Source: a virus. Taken from it: a stretch of 64,000 nucleotides of DNA. How positions within the stretch are numbered: position 1 is the first letter of the stretch; each line of letters starts with the position of its first letter. The stretch spans positions 68,428 through 132,427 of IMG/VR virus record IMGVR_UViG_3300040759_000032. The stretch is one strand, 5' to 3'. Below are positions 45,108-55,366 of the stretch, piece by piece. Under the pieces are notes generated by a model. It was not told the DNA's origin. It saw only the letters and a program-made list of their open reading frames with translations, and did not search any database. The position numbers and the translations under genes were made by a program.

Positions 45108-48100
45108 GACCGCGAAGGGCGCCGGGGACTCGATCGACGAGTCGCTGACGCAGACGGCGTCCGGCGCCGACGCCCTCGAGCTCGCCAGCGCCCGGGTCGA
45201 GGCGGCGCAGGCGAGGCAGGCTCGGACCGCGAAGACCCTCGCGGACGCAGAGCGGGACCTGCTGTCGATCACCAGCCAGGAGAAGGCCTCGGAGGACGAG
45301 GTCGCGGCTGCCGCTGACGCCGTGTCGGCGGCGCAGGACAGGGCGACGATCTCGGCGACGGCGCTGAAGGACGCGCAGGCGTCGCTGGCCGCCGCGGCCG
45401 GTGACGAGGATGCCCTCGCGGCGGCGTCGGAGCGGGTCGCGGTCGCCGACAAGGCGGCCGCGGACGCCGCGGGCGAGCTCGCGGCCGCGCAGGCGCGGCA
45501 GGCGGGGCTGAACACCGACGAGAACGCGATGGCGGCGGCGCAGAGCCTGACGGCGGCGGAGAAGGACGCGAAGAAGGCGTCCGACGACCTGACAGCGTCG
45601 CAGGCCCGGCAGGCGGACGTGCAGAAGGCCGTCGCCGCGTCCGACACCGAGGCCGCCGCCGCCGCCGCCGAGGAGGCCGCCGCCCAGAAGGACGCGGCCG
45701 ACAAGGCGGCGGCGTCCTCGAAGCTCCTGTCCACCGCGGGCAAGGCCGCCGGGATCACCGCCCTCGGCATGGGCGTGGCCGCCGCGGTCATGGTCAAGGC
45801 CGCGGGCAACTTCCAGGACAGCACGACGCACCTGGTGACGGACGCCGGGGAGTCCGCGAAGAACCTCGGCATGGTGCAGGCCGGGATCCTGAGCGTGTCC
45901 ACGGCGACCGGGCAGAGCGCCTCCGACATCACGAACGCGATGTACCACATCGAGTCCGGCGGCTTCCACGCCGCGTCCGGGCTGGCGATCCTGAAGACCG
46001 TCGCGGAGGGCGCGCGGGTCGGCGGCGCCGACCTAGACACCACGTCGAAGGCCCTGGTCGGCACCCTGACCGCCTACTACGGCACGTCCCTGACGGCCGC
46101 GCAGGCGACGAAGGACTCGACGTCGCTGATGAACCAGCTGGTGGAGACGGTCGGGTCCGGCGACATGCGGATGCAGGACCTCGCGTCGTCCCTGTCGGCC
46201 GTCACCCCGGTCGCCGCCGCCGCGCACCTGTCCTTCGCGCAGGTCGGCGGCGCGATCGCCACCATGACCGCGCAGGGCATGAGCGCCCAGCAGACGACCC
46301 AGGATCTCGCGCACTTCATCCGCTCGATGCAGGCCCCCACCCTCGTCAGCTCGAACGAGATGAAGGCCCTCGGCCTGAACGCGAACAGCCTGTCGGAGAA
46401 CCTCGGCAAGACCGGGCTGGCCGGGACGATCGACGAGATGCGGAACGCGATCCTGCGGAACACCTCCGGCGGCAGCGTCATGCTCGGCTACCTGAAGGAG
46501 ATGTCCCCGGCCGCGCAGTCGCTGGCGAACCAGATCCTCGCCGGGTCCATCACCACCGGGGCGCTGACGACGGCGGTGAAGGGGCTCAACCCCGAGCAGG
46601 CCCACATGGTCACCATGTTCAAGTCGTCGGCGACGTCGGCGACCGGCCTGAAGCAGACCTACACCGAGGCCATGTCGAAGATGGCCGGCGGGGCCACCGG
46701 CCTGAACGTGGCCCTGATGCTGTCCGGCAAGCACATGGGCGACCTGACGAAGAACACCGCGGCGATCGCGGCGCGGGCGAAGGACGCCAGCGGCAACGTC
46801 CAGGGCTGGTCGGCGATCCAGGGCACCTTCAACTTCAAGCTCTCGCAGGCCAAGACGGGCGTGGAGAACACCGGGATCGCGATCGGCACCGCCCTGCTGC
46901 CCGCCGTCACCTCGGTCCTGTCGGCCGTCACGAAGATCGTCATCCCGATCGCCGAGTGGACCGCGAAGCACAAGACCCTCACCGAGGTCATCTTCGTGTC
47001 GGTGACCGCGATCGCCGCCGTGATCGCGATCATCGCGGTCGCCGCCAAGGCGTTCAAGGCCGTCACCGGGGCCATCGACACCGTGAAGGCGACCCTGAAG
47101 GCCCTCGGGATCCTCTCCAAGGAGACCGCGGACACGCAGGCCGCCTCGGCGGAGAAGGCGGCGGCGGCGCAGGAGTCGGCCGCCGAGGAGTCCGCCGCCG
47201 TGCAGGAGGAGGCCGCGGGGGAGGCGGCGGCGGCGAACGACGAGGCCGCCGCCGAGTCGTCCGGGTCGTGGATCACCGCCGCCGGGCAGCAGATCGCCTC
47301 GGCCGCAGGGTGGGTCGCCGAGCAGGCGGTGAAGGTCGCGACCGTGGTCGCGAGCAACGTCGCCGCCGCCGCGACCACGGCGGGGGCGTGGCTCGCGGCC
47401 GGGGCGCAGCAGGTCGCGGGGGCTGCGGTGTGGGTGGCGCAGACGATCGCGAAGGTCGCGGTGATCGTCGCCTCCAACGTCACCGGGGCGGCCGTCACCA
47501 TGGCCGCGTGGATCGCCGCGAACGCGGCGATGCTCCTCGGGATCGGCCTGATCGTGGCCGCGGTCGTCGTCGCGGTCGTCCTGATCGTCAAGTACTGGAA
47601 GCAGATCTCGGACGCCGCGAAAGAGGCGTTCGACTTCGTGGTCCATATCGCGGAGACCGTCCTCGACTGGGTGAAGTCCCACTGGCCGCTGCTGCTCGGG
47701 ATCCTGACCGGCCCGTTCGGGCTGGCCGCCGGGGAGATCATCCAGCACTACAAGATCATCCTCAAGGCGGTCTCCGACGCGATCGACTGGGTCAAGTCGC
47801 ACTGGCCGGCGCTGCTCGCGATCATCACCGGGCCGATCGGCCAGGCGGTCACGTGGGTCGTCAACCACTTCGACCAGCTGCGGCACGGGGCGGCATCGCT
47901 GCTGGACGATTTCGTCGGCTACTTCAAGGCCCTGCCGGGGCGGGTCCTGTCGGGCCTCGGCAATATCGGCTCGATGCTGTTCGGGGCCGGCCAGAAGATC
48001 ATCCAGGGGCTGATCAACGGGGTAGAGAACATGCTCGGGAGCCTCGGGTCGACGATGGGCTCGGTCGCCTCGACCATCACCTCGTTCCTGCCGTTCAGCC

Positions 48101-48447
48101 CGGCCAAGCGGGGGCCGCTGTCGGGGTCCGGGTCGCCGGACAAGTCGGGGCGGTCGATCGCCCGCCTGATCGCCACGGGGATGCTCGCCGGGCGCGGCGA
48201 CGTCACCGCGGCTTCCCACCTGCTCGCCTCGTCGGCCTCCCTCGCCCACGCGGGCGGATCCGGGTCGAGCCTCGGCCTCGGGCTTACGGCGTCCTCAGGC
48301 GGCGGAGGGGGAGGGGCGACGATCGTCATCGACGTCCACGACAACACCGTCATGAGCGACAGCGACATCAACAACCTGGTCCGCAAGCTCGGGCCCGCCG
48401 TAACCAAGTCGCTGAACCAGGCGGGCATAAAAGTGAGGATGCCGTGA
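44983..48447 (+). CDS. Tape measure protein
   Basis: 1154 aa, Ala-rich helical; TP901-like core (LVETVGSGDMRMQDLA), W-spaced repeats, FLPFSPAKRGPLSG. Confidence 0.9.
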   Translation: MAGAESFTVLAILEARDAASEIFAKVDESLGKFSETASKAAETAKGAGDSIDESLTQTASGADALELASARVEAAQARQARTAKTLADAERDLLSITSQEKASEDEVAAAADAVSAAQDRATISATALKDAQASLAAAAGDEDALAAASERVAVADKAAADAAGELAAAQARQAGLNTDENAMAAAQSLTAAEKDAKKASDDLTASQARQADVQKAVAASDTEAAAAAAEEAAAQKDAADKAAASSKLLSTAGKAAGITALGMGVAAAVMVKAAGNFQDSTTHLVTDAGESAKNLGMVQAGILSVSTATGQSASDITNAMYHIESGGFHAASGLAILKTVAEGARVGGADLDTTSKALVGTLTAYYGTSLTAAQATKDSTSLMNQLVETVGSGDMRMQDLASSLSAVTPVAAAAHLSFAQVGGAIATMTAQGMSAQQTTQDLAHFIRSMQAPTLVSSNEMKALGLNANSLSENLGKTGLAGTIDEMRNAILRNTSGGSVMLGYLKEMSPAAQSLANQILAGSITTGALTTAVKGLNPEQAHMVTMFKSSATSATGLKQTYTEAMSKMAGGATGLNVALMLSGKHMGDLTKNTAAIAARAKDASGNVQGWSAIQGTFNFKLSQAKTGVENTGIAIGTALLPAVTSVLSAVTKIVIPIAEWTAKHKTLTEVIFVSVTAIAAVIAIIAVAAKAFKAVTGAIDTVKATLKALGILSKETADTQAASAEKAAAAQESAAEESAAVQEEAAGEAAAANDEAAAESSGSWITAAGQQIASAAGWVAEQAVKVATVVASNVAAAATTAGAWLAAGAQQVAGAAVWVAQTIAKVAVIVASNVTGAAVTMAAWIAANAAMLLGIGLIVAAVVVAVVLIVKYWKQISDAAKEAFDFVVHIAETVLDWVKSHWPLLLGILTGPFGLAAGEIIQHYKIILKAVSDAIDWVKSHWPALLAIITGPIGQAVTWVVNHFDQLRHGAASLLDDFVGYFKALPGRVLSGLGNIGSMLFGAGQKIIQGLINGVENMLGSLGSTMGSVASTITSFLPFSPAKRGPLSGSGSPDKSGRSIARLIATGMLAGRGDVTAASHLLASSASLAHAGGSGSSLGLGLTASSGGGGGGATIVIDVHDNTVMSDSDINNLVRKLGPAVTKSLNQAGIKVRMP

Positions 48448-48469
48448 CGCGCCCGCCGAGGGGGTCGGC

Positions 48470-49852
48470 GTGGTCGCACGGCCGAGCCTGACCCTCACCC
48501 TGACCCCGCCGGGCGGGTCGCCGACCCAGTACCAGTCCCTGCTCGCCTACGAGGGCCACAGCAACGACTTCACGATCACCCAGAACTTCGGCCGCCAGGG
48601 CGACACCGCCTGTTTCCCGCTGGTCGACGAGTACTCGGGGTCGCCGAACCTGGCCTACGTCGAGCCGATGACGCTCGTGAGTCTTTACGACGGGAACTGC
48701 TCGCAGACGCTGTTCGCCGGGGTGGTCAACGACCCGAACCTGTCGCCGACGGGGCCGACCAGGAACGAGTGGACGCTCAACTGCACGGACTTCACCTTTT
48801 ACGCGGACAACGCGATCGTGCACGGGGTGTTCAACGGGCTGACCGTCGACCAGGTGATCGTCGACCTGACCTCCCAGGCGAACTGCGGGATCAGCGCGGC
48901 GACGGTCGCGGACGGCGGGTTCGTCGCCCCGGGCCCGGTGCTCCCGAACCTGATCCTCAACTACGGCAGCCTCAGCGATGCGTGGCGGAAGCTCGCCACC
49001 CTCGCCGGGGCGGCGACCCCGTACGGCTGGTACGTCGACCAGAACCGGGCGCTGCACTTCTTCGACGCCAGCACGGCGATCAACTCCGGGGTCACGTTCA
49101 CCACGACCCCGACCGTCGGCGGGTCGATCACCCAGGGCCACATGCTGCTGGATAACACGAACAACTACGAGTGGGACGGAACAGCGGTCCACAACAAGGT
49201 CCTGGTCCAGGGCGCCACGCAGACGATCTCGCAACCGACGACAGGGAACCCGACGGACGTGTGGCTCGCCGACGGGGCGCAGCAGGCATGGCCCCTCCGC
49301 TACACCGTCAGCGGCACCCCCGAGTTGACCGTCGGGGGGGTCGGCCAGACCGTGACGTCCGTGACGCCCGGCACCGCCGCCCCCTCGGGCTGGTCCTGCC
49401 AGCAGAACGCGTTCGGCCAGTTCTTCCTGTTCTCCTCCGCCGCCCCCGCAGCCGGGAACATCATCGAGGCCTGGTACTCCTACCAGGTGCCCGTCGTCGC
49501 CCAGGCCACCGACTACAGCTCGGTCGCCGCCTACAACGGGCCGAACGGCGGCGTCTTCGCCGAGTTCATCTCCGACACGACCCTGACGACCGCGCCGATG
49601 GCCCTCGCGAGGGCGCAGCAGGAACGGCAGGAGTACGCGTTCGCCGCCGAGAAGTGCACGTTCAACACCAGCGAGGACTTCCTCGGCTGGGTCCGCGCCG
49701 GCGACACGTTCACCTACGTGAACCGGTTCATCCCCGACTCGCAGCGCTCCTGGGCTATCGGGGTGAACGACACGTTCATCTGCACCGCGAACACCATCAC
49801 GTTCGGGACCGGCGGGTACAGGCAGCTGCAGCCGACCGGCGTCAGGCTCTGA
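48470..49852 (+). CDS. Minor tail protein
   Basis: Follows TMP; WYVDQNRALHFF; beta-rich. Confidence 0.75.
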   Translation: MVARPSLTLTLTPPGGSPTQYQSLLAYEGHSNDFTITQNFGRQGDTACFPLVDEYSGSPNLAYVEPMTLVSLYDGNCSQTLFAGVVNDPNLSPTGPTRNEWTLNCTDFTFYADNAIVHGVFNGLTVDQVIVDLTSQANCGISAATVADGGFVAPGPVLPNLILNYGSLSDAWRKLATLAGAATPYGWYVDQNRALHFFDASTAINSGVTFTTTPTVGGSITQGHMLLDNTNNYEWDGTAVHNKVLVQGATQTISQPTTGNPTDVWLADGAQQAWPLRYTVSGTPELTVGGVGQTVTSVTPGTAAPSGWSCQQNAFGQFFLFSSAAPAAGNIIEAWYSYQVPVVAQATDYSSVAAYNGPNGGVFAEFISDTTLTTAPMALARAQQERQEYAFAAEKCTFNTSEDFLGWVRAGDTFTYVNRFIPDSQRSWAIGVNDTFICTANTITFGTGGYRQLQPTGVRL

Positions 49853-49871
49853 GTCCGCTAGCCTCTACCTC

Positions 49872-50237
49872 GTGCCCCGACCCCGACGCTCCGGATGGTT
49901 CCCGCTGCCGTCCGATAGCTCCCTGCCGTTCCTGGTCAAATGCTCGGACGGACACGGGCGCAAGGGGCCGAGGCTGCTTCACCGGGGCATCCTCGCCCTC
50001 CCGCCGGACACCCCTCCTGCCATTGAATGGGTTGAGCACGGCGCGTCCCCAGTGCCGCCGCTCGGCGAATTGGGAGACGACGGGGACCGCAAGGTGACCC
50101 TGAAGTGCAACGTGTGCGGCCTTGACCGGCAGATGCGGGAAAGCCTTCTGGTCAGGGCGCTGCGCGGACTGGCCGACGCGGGCCTGAAAGACGGAAGCGG
50201 TCGCGTGACGCTGGACATCGCCTACGTGCCGCGCTAG
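49872..50237 (+). CDS. Moron, hypothetical protein with CxxC
   Basis: Leaderless TAGCCT-7-GTG. Confidence 0.55.
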   Translation: MPRPRRSGWFPLPSDSSLPFLVKCSDGHGRKGPRLLHRGILALPPDTPPAIEWVEHGASPVPPLGELGDDGDRKVTLKCNVCGLDRQMRESLLVRALRGLADAGLKDGSGRVTLDIAYVPR

Positions 50238-50297
50238 GGCGGAGGGCGCGCAGGTTGGCCCCGAAGATCTCGTCGGCGCGCTGGCCGTCTGCCCGCA

Positions 50298-50696
50298 TCA
50301 CGAGCCGACCCTCCTGCATGTGTTGCAGGTGAAGCCGACGGGCACCTTCCCGTCACAGGTCAAGCACTGCGCGGTAGAGAGCCATGCAACCGCGTGATCG
50401 CGCGGAAGGAACTCGCCCGGCGCGACCTCGGCCTGGCCACCGGCCTCTGCGGGAAACAGAAGGTCCACCGGGGCCACGTCCAGGGCCCTTGCGAGGATGA
50501 ACAGTTCTCCAACGGAGATGTAGTCCCTGCGGCCGCTCGCAAGGTTGGCCAGAACGTTGCGTGGGATGGGCTTGCCGAGTTCCGTATCGGTGTGGTCGGC
50601 GAGGCGCTGCATGCTCAGCCCGCGCTTGATCCGCCACTGACTCACCCGGGACGCTATTGCGCTAGTAAGGCGTACTTCCCAGTCTGATTGATCCAT
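50298..50696 (-). CDS. XRE-family HTH regulator with C-terminal zinc ribbon
   Basis: WRIKRGLSMQRLAD...LANLASGRR...ELFILARALDV; CLTC...CNTC; leaderless. Confidence 0.8.
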   Translation of the reverse strand: MDQSDWEVRLTSAIASRVSQWRIKRGLSMQRLADHTDTELGKPIPRNVLANLASGRRDYISVGELFILARALDVAPVDLLFPAEAGGQAEVAPGEFLPRDHAVAWLSTAQCLTCDGKVPVGFTCNTCRRVGS

Positions 50697-50757
50697 AGAG
50701 ACACAATATCAAGTTTCTTGTGTTCTGGCACAAACTAGGCAGAGAGCGGGGGTCGAA

Positions 50758-50940
50758 ATGACCGCCATGACCGAAGAGGACATCAACAGACTGGTGTCCA
50801 AGCTCGGGCCTGCGGTCGCGAAGGCGCTCCGACTCCGCCCCGGCGATGACGGCACCGCGCCCTGTCCTACCGCGCCGGGCCGCCCGCCGAGGCCGCTCCC
50901 GCCGCAGGTCATGCACGCGACCGCCGACCCGGAAGGGTAG
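50758..50940 (+). CDS. Mini-ORF homologous to the tape measure C-terminus
   Basis: MTEEDINRLVSKLGPAVAKAL versus TMP MSDSDINNLVRKLGPAVTKSL. Confidence 0.5.
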   Translation: MTAMTEEDINRLVSKLGPAVAKALRLRPGDDGTAPCPTAPGRPPRPLPPQVMHATADPEG

Positions 50941-50946
50941 CCGCGC

Positions 50947-51156
50947 GTGCCCGGCGTCTTTCGTCCCTCGACGCTCGCCGACGTGCTCAACACCATCCAG
51001 CAGCAGGCCATCGGGGACACCGACACCTCTGTCAGCGGCGTCGGCTACATCGGCGAGGCTGACGACCAGATGACCATGGCCGACTCCGTCACGGCGAGCG
51101 CCGGGACCAACCCGACATGGGGGGGCGGCGAGTGGGGATCGGTCGTCTGGGGCTGA
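50947..51156 (+). CDS. Small tail protein
   Basis: C-terminal WGGGEWGSVVWG. Confidence 0.65.
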   Translation: MPGVFRPSTLADVLNTIQQQAIGDTDTSVSGVGYIGEADDQMTMADSVTASAGTNPTWGGGEWGSVVWG

Positions 51157-51674
51157 GGGCGGGCTCCGGCATCCCGCTGGCCGGGCGCCTGGCCGTGTCG
51201 TCGGTCCGCCCCGACGGCACGGTCAGGGACCGGCGGGAGGGCTTCAACGTCGTCTGCACCGCCGGGTACACCGCCCTCGCCGCCGCGCTCGTCTGGTCCG
51301 GGATCCAGGACCAGGCGGCGAACCTCGGCGTGACCTCCCCGACGTACCTGACTCCGCTCTGGGGCGCAGTGGGGAGCGGGGCCGGAACCCCGGCGGAGTC
51401 GGACACGGCCCTGTTCTCCGAGCTCGGCCGGCAGACCGTCGGAGCCGGGGCGCCATCCCCCGCGACCCCCTCGATCGCGGCGGAAACGACGTTCCTCTTT
51501 TACTTCCCGCAGCAGCTCTCGGTGTGGACGGTCACCGAGGCGGGGGCTTTCGCCGGGGGGACTTCCGCCGCAGGGTCGGGGACGCTCCTCGACCACTGGG
51601 CCTTCAGCCCGGTCATTACGGTCCCGACCACGGACACGTTGTTGCTGGAAATAGCGCTACTACTCGGACCATAA
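51117..51674 (+). CDS. Minor tail protein (start uncertain, possibly CTG 51153)
   Basis: NVVCTAG...AVGSGAGTP..SDTALFSELGR...TEAGAF, a tail-fibre/baseplate-type motif set. Confidence 0.7.
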   Translation: MGGRRVGIGRLGLRAGSGIPLAGRLAVSSVRPDGTVRDRREGFNVVCTAGYTALAAALVWSGIQDQAANLGVTSPTYLTPLWGAVGSGAGTPAESDTALFSELGRQTVGAGAPSPATPSIAAETTFLFYFPQQLSVWTVTEAGAFAGGTSAAGSGTLLDHWAFSPVITVPTTDTLLLEIALLLGP

Positions 51675-51769
51675 GTTAACCGCACACAAGTCGGATACGA
51701 TAGAATGTTCGACGTAAGGACCCCCGCGACAGCAGGCCGCCTAGCGCACTACCGCCCCGGGGGTGAGCG

Positions 51770-52501
51770 TTGGCCGCTCCCTCCTGGCTAGGCGCGACTA
51801 CCGGATACAACGCGTACGCCGGGCAGGTCAACCAGTTCCTCGCGACCCACGCCGTGACCTACCTTTACACGGCCGCCGAGCAGGCCAGCCAGGGCACCGC
51901 CGGGAGCGGCGGGGTGAACAGCGACGGGCTTTACATCGCCCAGTCGTTCGCCACGACCTCAGCCCAGACGACGACCGGGTACGTCGTGGTGACGGCGAAG
52001 GTCACCGGGTCGCCGGCCCCGCTGTCCGTCAGCGTCCAGGCGACCTCGGCCGGGGCGCCGTCGGGGACGGCCCTGGTGTCGACGTCGCTGCCGAAAGAGT
52101 TCCTCACCGGCTCGGCGGCCGCAGTCGCGGTGATGCTCCCCGTCACGGGGCTCTCGGCCAGCACGACGTACTGGATCGTCGCCAGCGCGGCCGGGGACGC
52201 ATCCGACTACTTCACCTGGTCTAAGAGCAACCAGACTTCCGGCGCGTCGACGAGCACGAACGGGACGGCGTGGAGCGCCCAGACGTACGGGCTGCTGTAC
52301 CAGGTCTACGACCAGACCCCGGCGCCGCCGCTGGCGGGCACCTGGGAGGACTCCGGGGCCCGGTGGACGAGCCTGGGCTACAACGGCTCCGGGCAGCTGA
52401 CGTCGATCGGCGAGTACACCGCCGGGCAGTCCGCCGCCGGCTACACCGCCTCGAACCGGGCCCTGTCCTACTCCGGGCCGCTGCTGATCGGGGTGGCGTA
52501 A
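51770..52501 (+). CDS. Minor tail protein
   Basis: IAQSF...GAPSGT...TYWIV; paralogous ends with 53096..54961. Confidence 0.7.
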   Translation: MAAPSWLGATTGYNAYAGQVNQFLATHAVTYLYTAAEQASQGTAGSGGVNSDGLYIAQSFATTSAQTTTGYVVVTAKVTGSPAPLSVSVQATSAGAPSGTALVSTSLPKEFLTGSAAAVAVMLPVTGLSASTTYWIVASAAGDASDYFTWSKSNQTSGASTSTNGTAWSAQTYGLLYQVYDQTPAPPLAGTWEDSGARWTSLGYNGSGQLTSIGEYTAGQSAAGYTASNRALSYSGPLLIGVA

Positions 52502-53065
52502 GTGGCTTCCACGATCGAGCTGCTGCTGCTCGCGCAGCAGTCGGCGTTCCCGCCGCCGGCCGCGTGGACGGACCTGACGGCGGTCACCGTGACCAACAAC
52601 ACCGCCGCGGCGGCCGTGACCAGGTCCTGGCCCGCGCTGCCGGGGACGCCGACGGCCGGCACGGTGTACCAGGTGGAGTGCGACTTCGGCGGGTCGTTCG
52701 GCGCCGTCGCGATGGGCGTCTACGCGGGCATCGCCGGGACGTACACGAAGCTCGCCACGGTCGACGCGGGATTCGGCACGAACGGGCAGTCGATCGGCGG
52801 CTCGATGAGCATGACGCTCCGGGTGACGTCATCATCCCTGTGCGAGGCGTCGCTGTCGGGGGCGATCCAGAACATCAGCGCGAACCCGCACATCACCGGC
52901 TCCGGGAACGTCGTCCCGCTGACCAGCGCCGGCATCGTGGGGTCGATCGCGATCGCGGCGGGGAACGCGATCACGATCGGGGTCAACTTCGCCTCGTCGG
53001 TCTCCGGGCAGCACGTGGGCTGCAGCGGCTCGACGTTCTGGGCTTACGGTGCGGGAGTCTCCTGA
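52502..53065 (+). CDS. Minor tail protein
   Basis: Beta-rich, adjacent to the previous stop. Confidence 0.6.
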   Translation: MASTIELLLLAQQSAFPPPAAWTDLTAVTVTNNTAAAAVTRSWPALPGTPTAGTVYQVECDFGGSFGAVAMGVYAGIAGTYTKLATVDAGFGTNGQSIGGSMSMTLRVTSSSLCEASLSGAIQNISANPHITGSGNVVPLTSAGIVGSIAIAAGNAITIGVNFASSVSGQHVGCSGSTFWAYGAGVS

Positions 53066-53095
53066 CGGCCATCAGGCCGCCGTGACGGCGCCCTG

Positions 53096-54961
53096 ATGGC
53101 CGTCATCGCCGACGAGGCGGGCTTCTCGGTCGAGGACGAGGCCGGCGGCCTCGTCCTCGACGAGGCCGGCCTGCCGTCGACCGTCGACCCCGCGTGGTCC
53201 GCCGCCCGCACGGGGCTGCCGGGCTCGGCTGCCGCCCCTAACTACGCCGCGCAGGTCGCCCAGTTCCTCACAGCCCACGCGATCACCCCCGTCTACGCGG
53301 GGGCGCAGATCGTCATCCCGTCGGGGAACGTCGGCTACGGGTTCGGCGGCATCGACTGGGTGAACCTGGGCGTCTCCGACGTCGACCAGCCGTTCGCGAT
53401 GCCGGCGGGGAAGACGGCGGTCGGCCGGGTGACACTGCCGCTGTCCCCGTCCGGCGATGGGGCGGACGTCACCGTGTCGCTGTGCGCGGACTCGGGCGGG
53501 TCGCCCGGGACCGTCATCGCCTCCACGAGGCTCCCCGCGGCGTGGCTCGCGCAGCTCGCCGCGCCCGGCGGCCCCGGAACCGGCGGCCCCCTGGCGACCG
53601 CCGCGTCGGGCACCCTGCGGATGGGCGAGATGACCAGCGTTACGTGGGCGTCGCCCGTGACCGGGACCGCGCCCGCCCTCCCGTCCGTCACCGTGTCCGG
53701 GAACTTCCTCTACGAGGCCGGCGGCACCGTCTCCGGGGCCCCGATCGCCGGGGCGTACACGATCGGGTGGGGCGGCGGATCCGCCCCCGGGACGGTCCTG
53801 CCGCAGCCGTCCCTCCCCGCGGCGACCGGCTACCCGGCGATCGCGGCGACCGCCGACACCATCGTCTGCGCGGGCGGGCAGAACGCGGTCCCCGCGCCCC
53901 TCGCGAACGTGTGGGCGGCGAGCTGGAGCCCGTCCACCGGGATCGCGGGGGCGTGGTCGGCGCAGGCCGCCCTGCCCCAGGCCACCAGCAACGCCGCCGC
54001 GGCGGCCTGGGGAAGCACCGTCTACGTCATCGGCGGGCAGACCACGGGCGGCGACACGGGCGCCGTGTATCGGGCGGCGGTGTCGAACGGGCAGATCACC
54101 GCGTGGACGGTGTGCCCGCCGCTGCCGATCCCGGCCCTGATCCCGGCGACGGCTGCGGTGAACGGCTGGCTGATCGCCGCAGGCGTCACCTCGGGATCCC
54201 TGTCCACGGTCGTCTACGGCGCCCAGATCAACTCCGACGGCAGCATCGGCGGGTGGCAGGCGTGGCCGCCGCTGCGCGTCGCCGCGGCACCTGACGACCC
54301 TGGCTGCTCCCTGGCCGTCACCGCCTGCGGGATCGCCCTCATCGGCGGCGGGGGCGCGGCCGCCGTGCAGACCCTGACCGTGACCGCCGACGGCCCGGGG
54401 CAGTGGCAGTCGCAGACCCTGAACACGGCGGCCGTCCCCGTCAGCGCGAACCCCTGCGCGGCGTTCCCCCTCGGGACCGGCACCTGGGAGACGTTCGCGT
54501 TCACCCCCGGCAACGGCTACTACGCCTCCGGGGTCCTGTCGTCCGTCCCGGTCATCTCCGTCCCCCTCCCCGCCACGGGCCTGACCTCCGGGGCTACCTA
54601 TCACATCCTCGTGCACCAGGACGGCGGGGACCTCAACGACTACGCGTCGATCGCCCTCGACCCGGGGGCGCTCGCGACGGCCGCCCAGACGCGGCCCAGC
54701 GGCGGCGGCTCGTGGACGCCGCTGACGCACACGTACTCGATGCTCGCCGGGATCTGGGACCAGACCGCCGGCGGGCAGGTCCTCCACACCTGGGAGGACT
54801 CCGGCGCGAGGATCACCGCGATGGTCTACGCCGGCTCGGGCGGGCAGCTGCTCGGCCTCTGCGAGGCGACGGCGTTCGAGGACGGCGCCATGCTCCCCGC
54901 CGTCACGCAGATCGGCTACGACTCCGCCGGGCAGGTGACGGGGCTCGCCCAGCTCGCATAG
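53096..54961 (+). CDS. Minor tail protein with Kelch-like repeats
   Basis: Repeats LYEAGG, IVCAGG, VYVIGG each followed by W..P.LP. Confidence 0.7.
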   Translation: MAVIADEAGFSVEDEAGGLVLDEAGLPSTVDPAWSAARTGLPGSAAAPNYAAQVAQFLTAHAITPVYAGAQIVIPSGNVGYGFGGIDWVNLGVSDVDQPFAMPAGKTAVGRVTLPLSPSGDGADVTVSLCADSGGSPGTVIASTRLPAAWLAQLAAPGGPGTGGPLATAASGTLRMGEMTSVTWASPVTGTAPALPSVTVSGNFLYEAGGTVSGAPIAGAYTIGWGGGSAPGTVLPQPSLPAATGYPAIAATADTIVCAGGQNAVPAPLANVWAASWSPSTGIAGAWSAQAALPQATSNAAAAAWGSTVYVIGGQTTGGDTGAVYRAAVSNGQITAWTVCPPLPIPALIPATAAVNGWLIAAGVTSGSLSTVVYGAQINSDGSIGGWQAWPPLRVAAAPDDPGCSLAVTACGIALIGGGGAAAVQTLTVTADGPGQWQSQTLNTAAVPVSANPCAAFPLGTGTWETFAFTPGNGYYASGVLSSVPVISVPLPATGLTSGATYHILVHQDGGDLNDYASIALDPGALATAAQTRPSGGGSWTPLTHTYSMLAGIWDQTAGGQVLHTWEDSGARITAMVYAGSGGQLLGLCEATAFEDGAMLPAVTQIGYDSAGQVTGLAQLA

Positions 54962-55018
54962 GCCGACCCGGCGGCCGGCGTGGCCATGACCGGAATCTAC
55001 CGTCCGGGGAGGCGGCCC

Positions 55019-55357
55019 GTGTCCGATGACGGCCCGAGCATCTCATACACCGTTCGCGACCTCGTCGCGGACCTCCGGGCGGAGATCGTCGCCCTCCGCA
55101 ACCAGATGCAGCAGCAGCTCGACCGCATCGAGCAGCAGCTCTCCCGGCAGGCCGACACGAAGGCCGAGAAGTCCGACCTTCTCGCCCTGGACATCCGCGT
55201 CAAGGCGGTCGAGGACCGGGACCGGGAGCGGGCCGAGCGGGAGCGGGTCGAGGAGAAGCACCGCCGCGACGGCATCGACTGGCGGCGGTGGATCTGGCCG
55301 ACCCTCATCGCCCTCGCCGTCGTGATCATCGGCGTGCTGCAGCTCGTCCTGAAGTGA
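55019..55357 (+). CDS. Coiled-coil protein with C-terminal TM (lysis-region membrane protein)
   Basis: GGGAGG RBS; C-terminal hydrophobic helix. Confidence 0.65.
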   Translation: MSDDGPSISYTVRDLVADLRAEIVALRNQMQQQLDRIEQQLSRQADTKAEKSDLLALDIRVKAVEDRDRERAERERVEEKHRRDGIDWRRWIWPTLIALAVVIIGVLQLVLK

Positions 55358-55366
55358 GGAGGCGGC

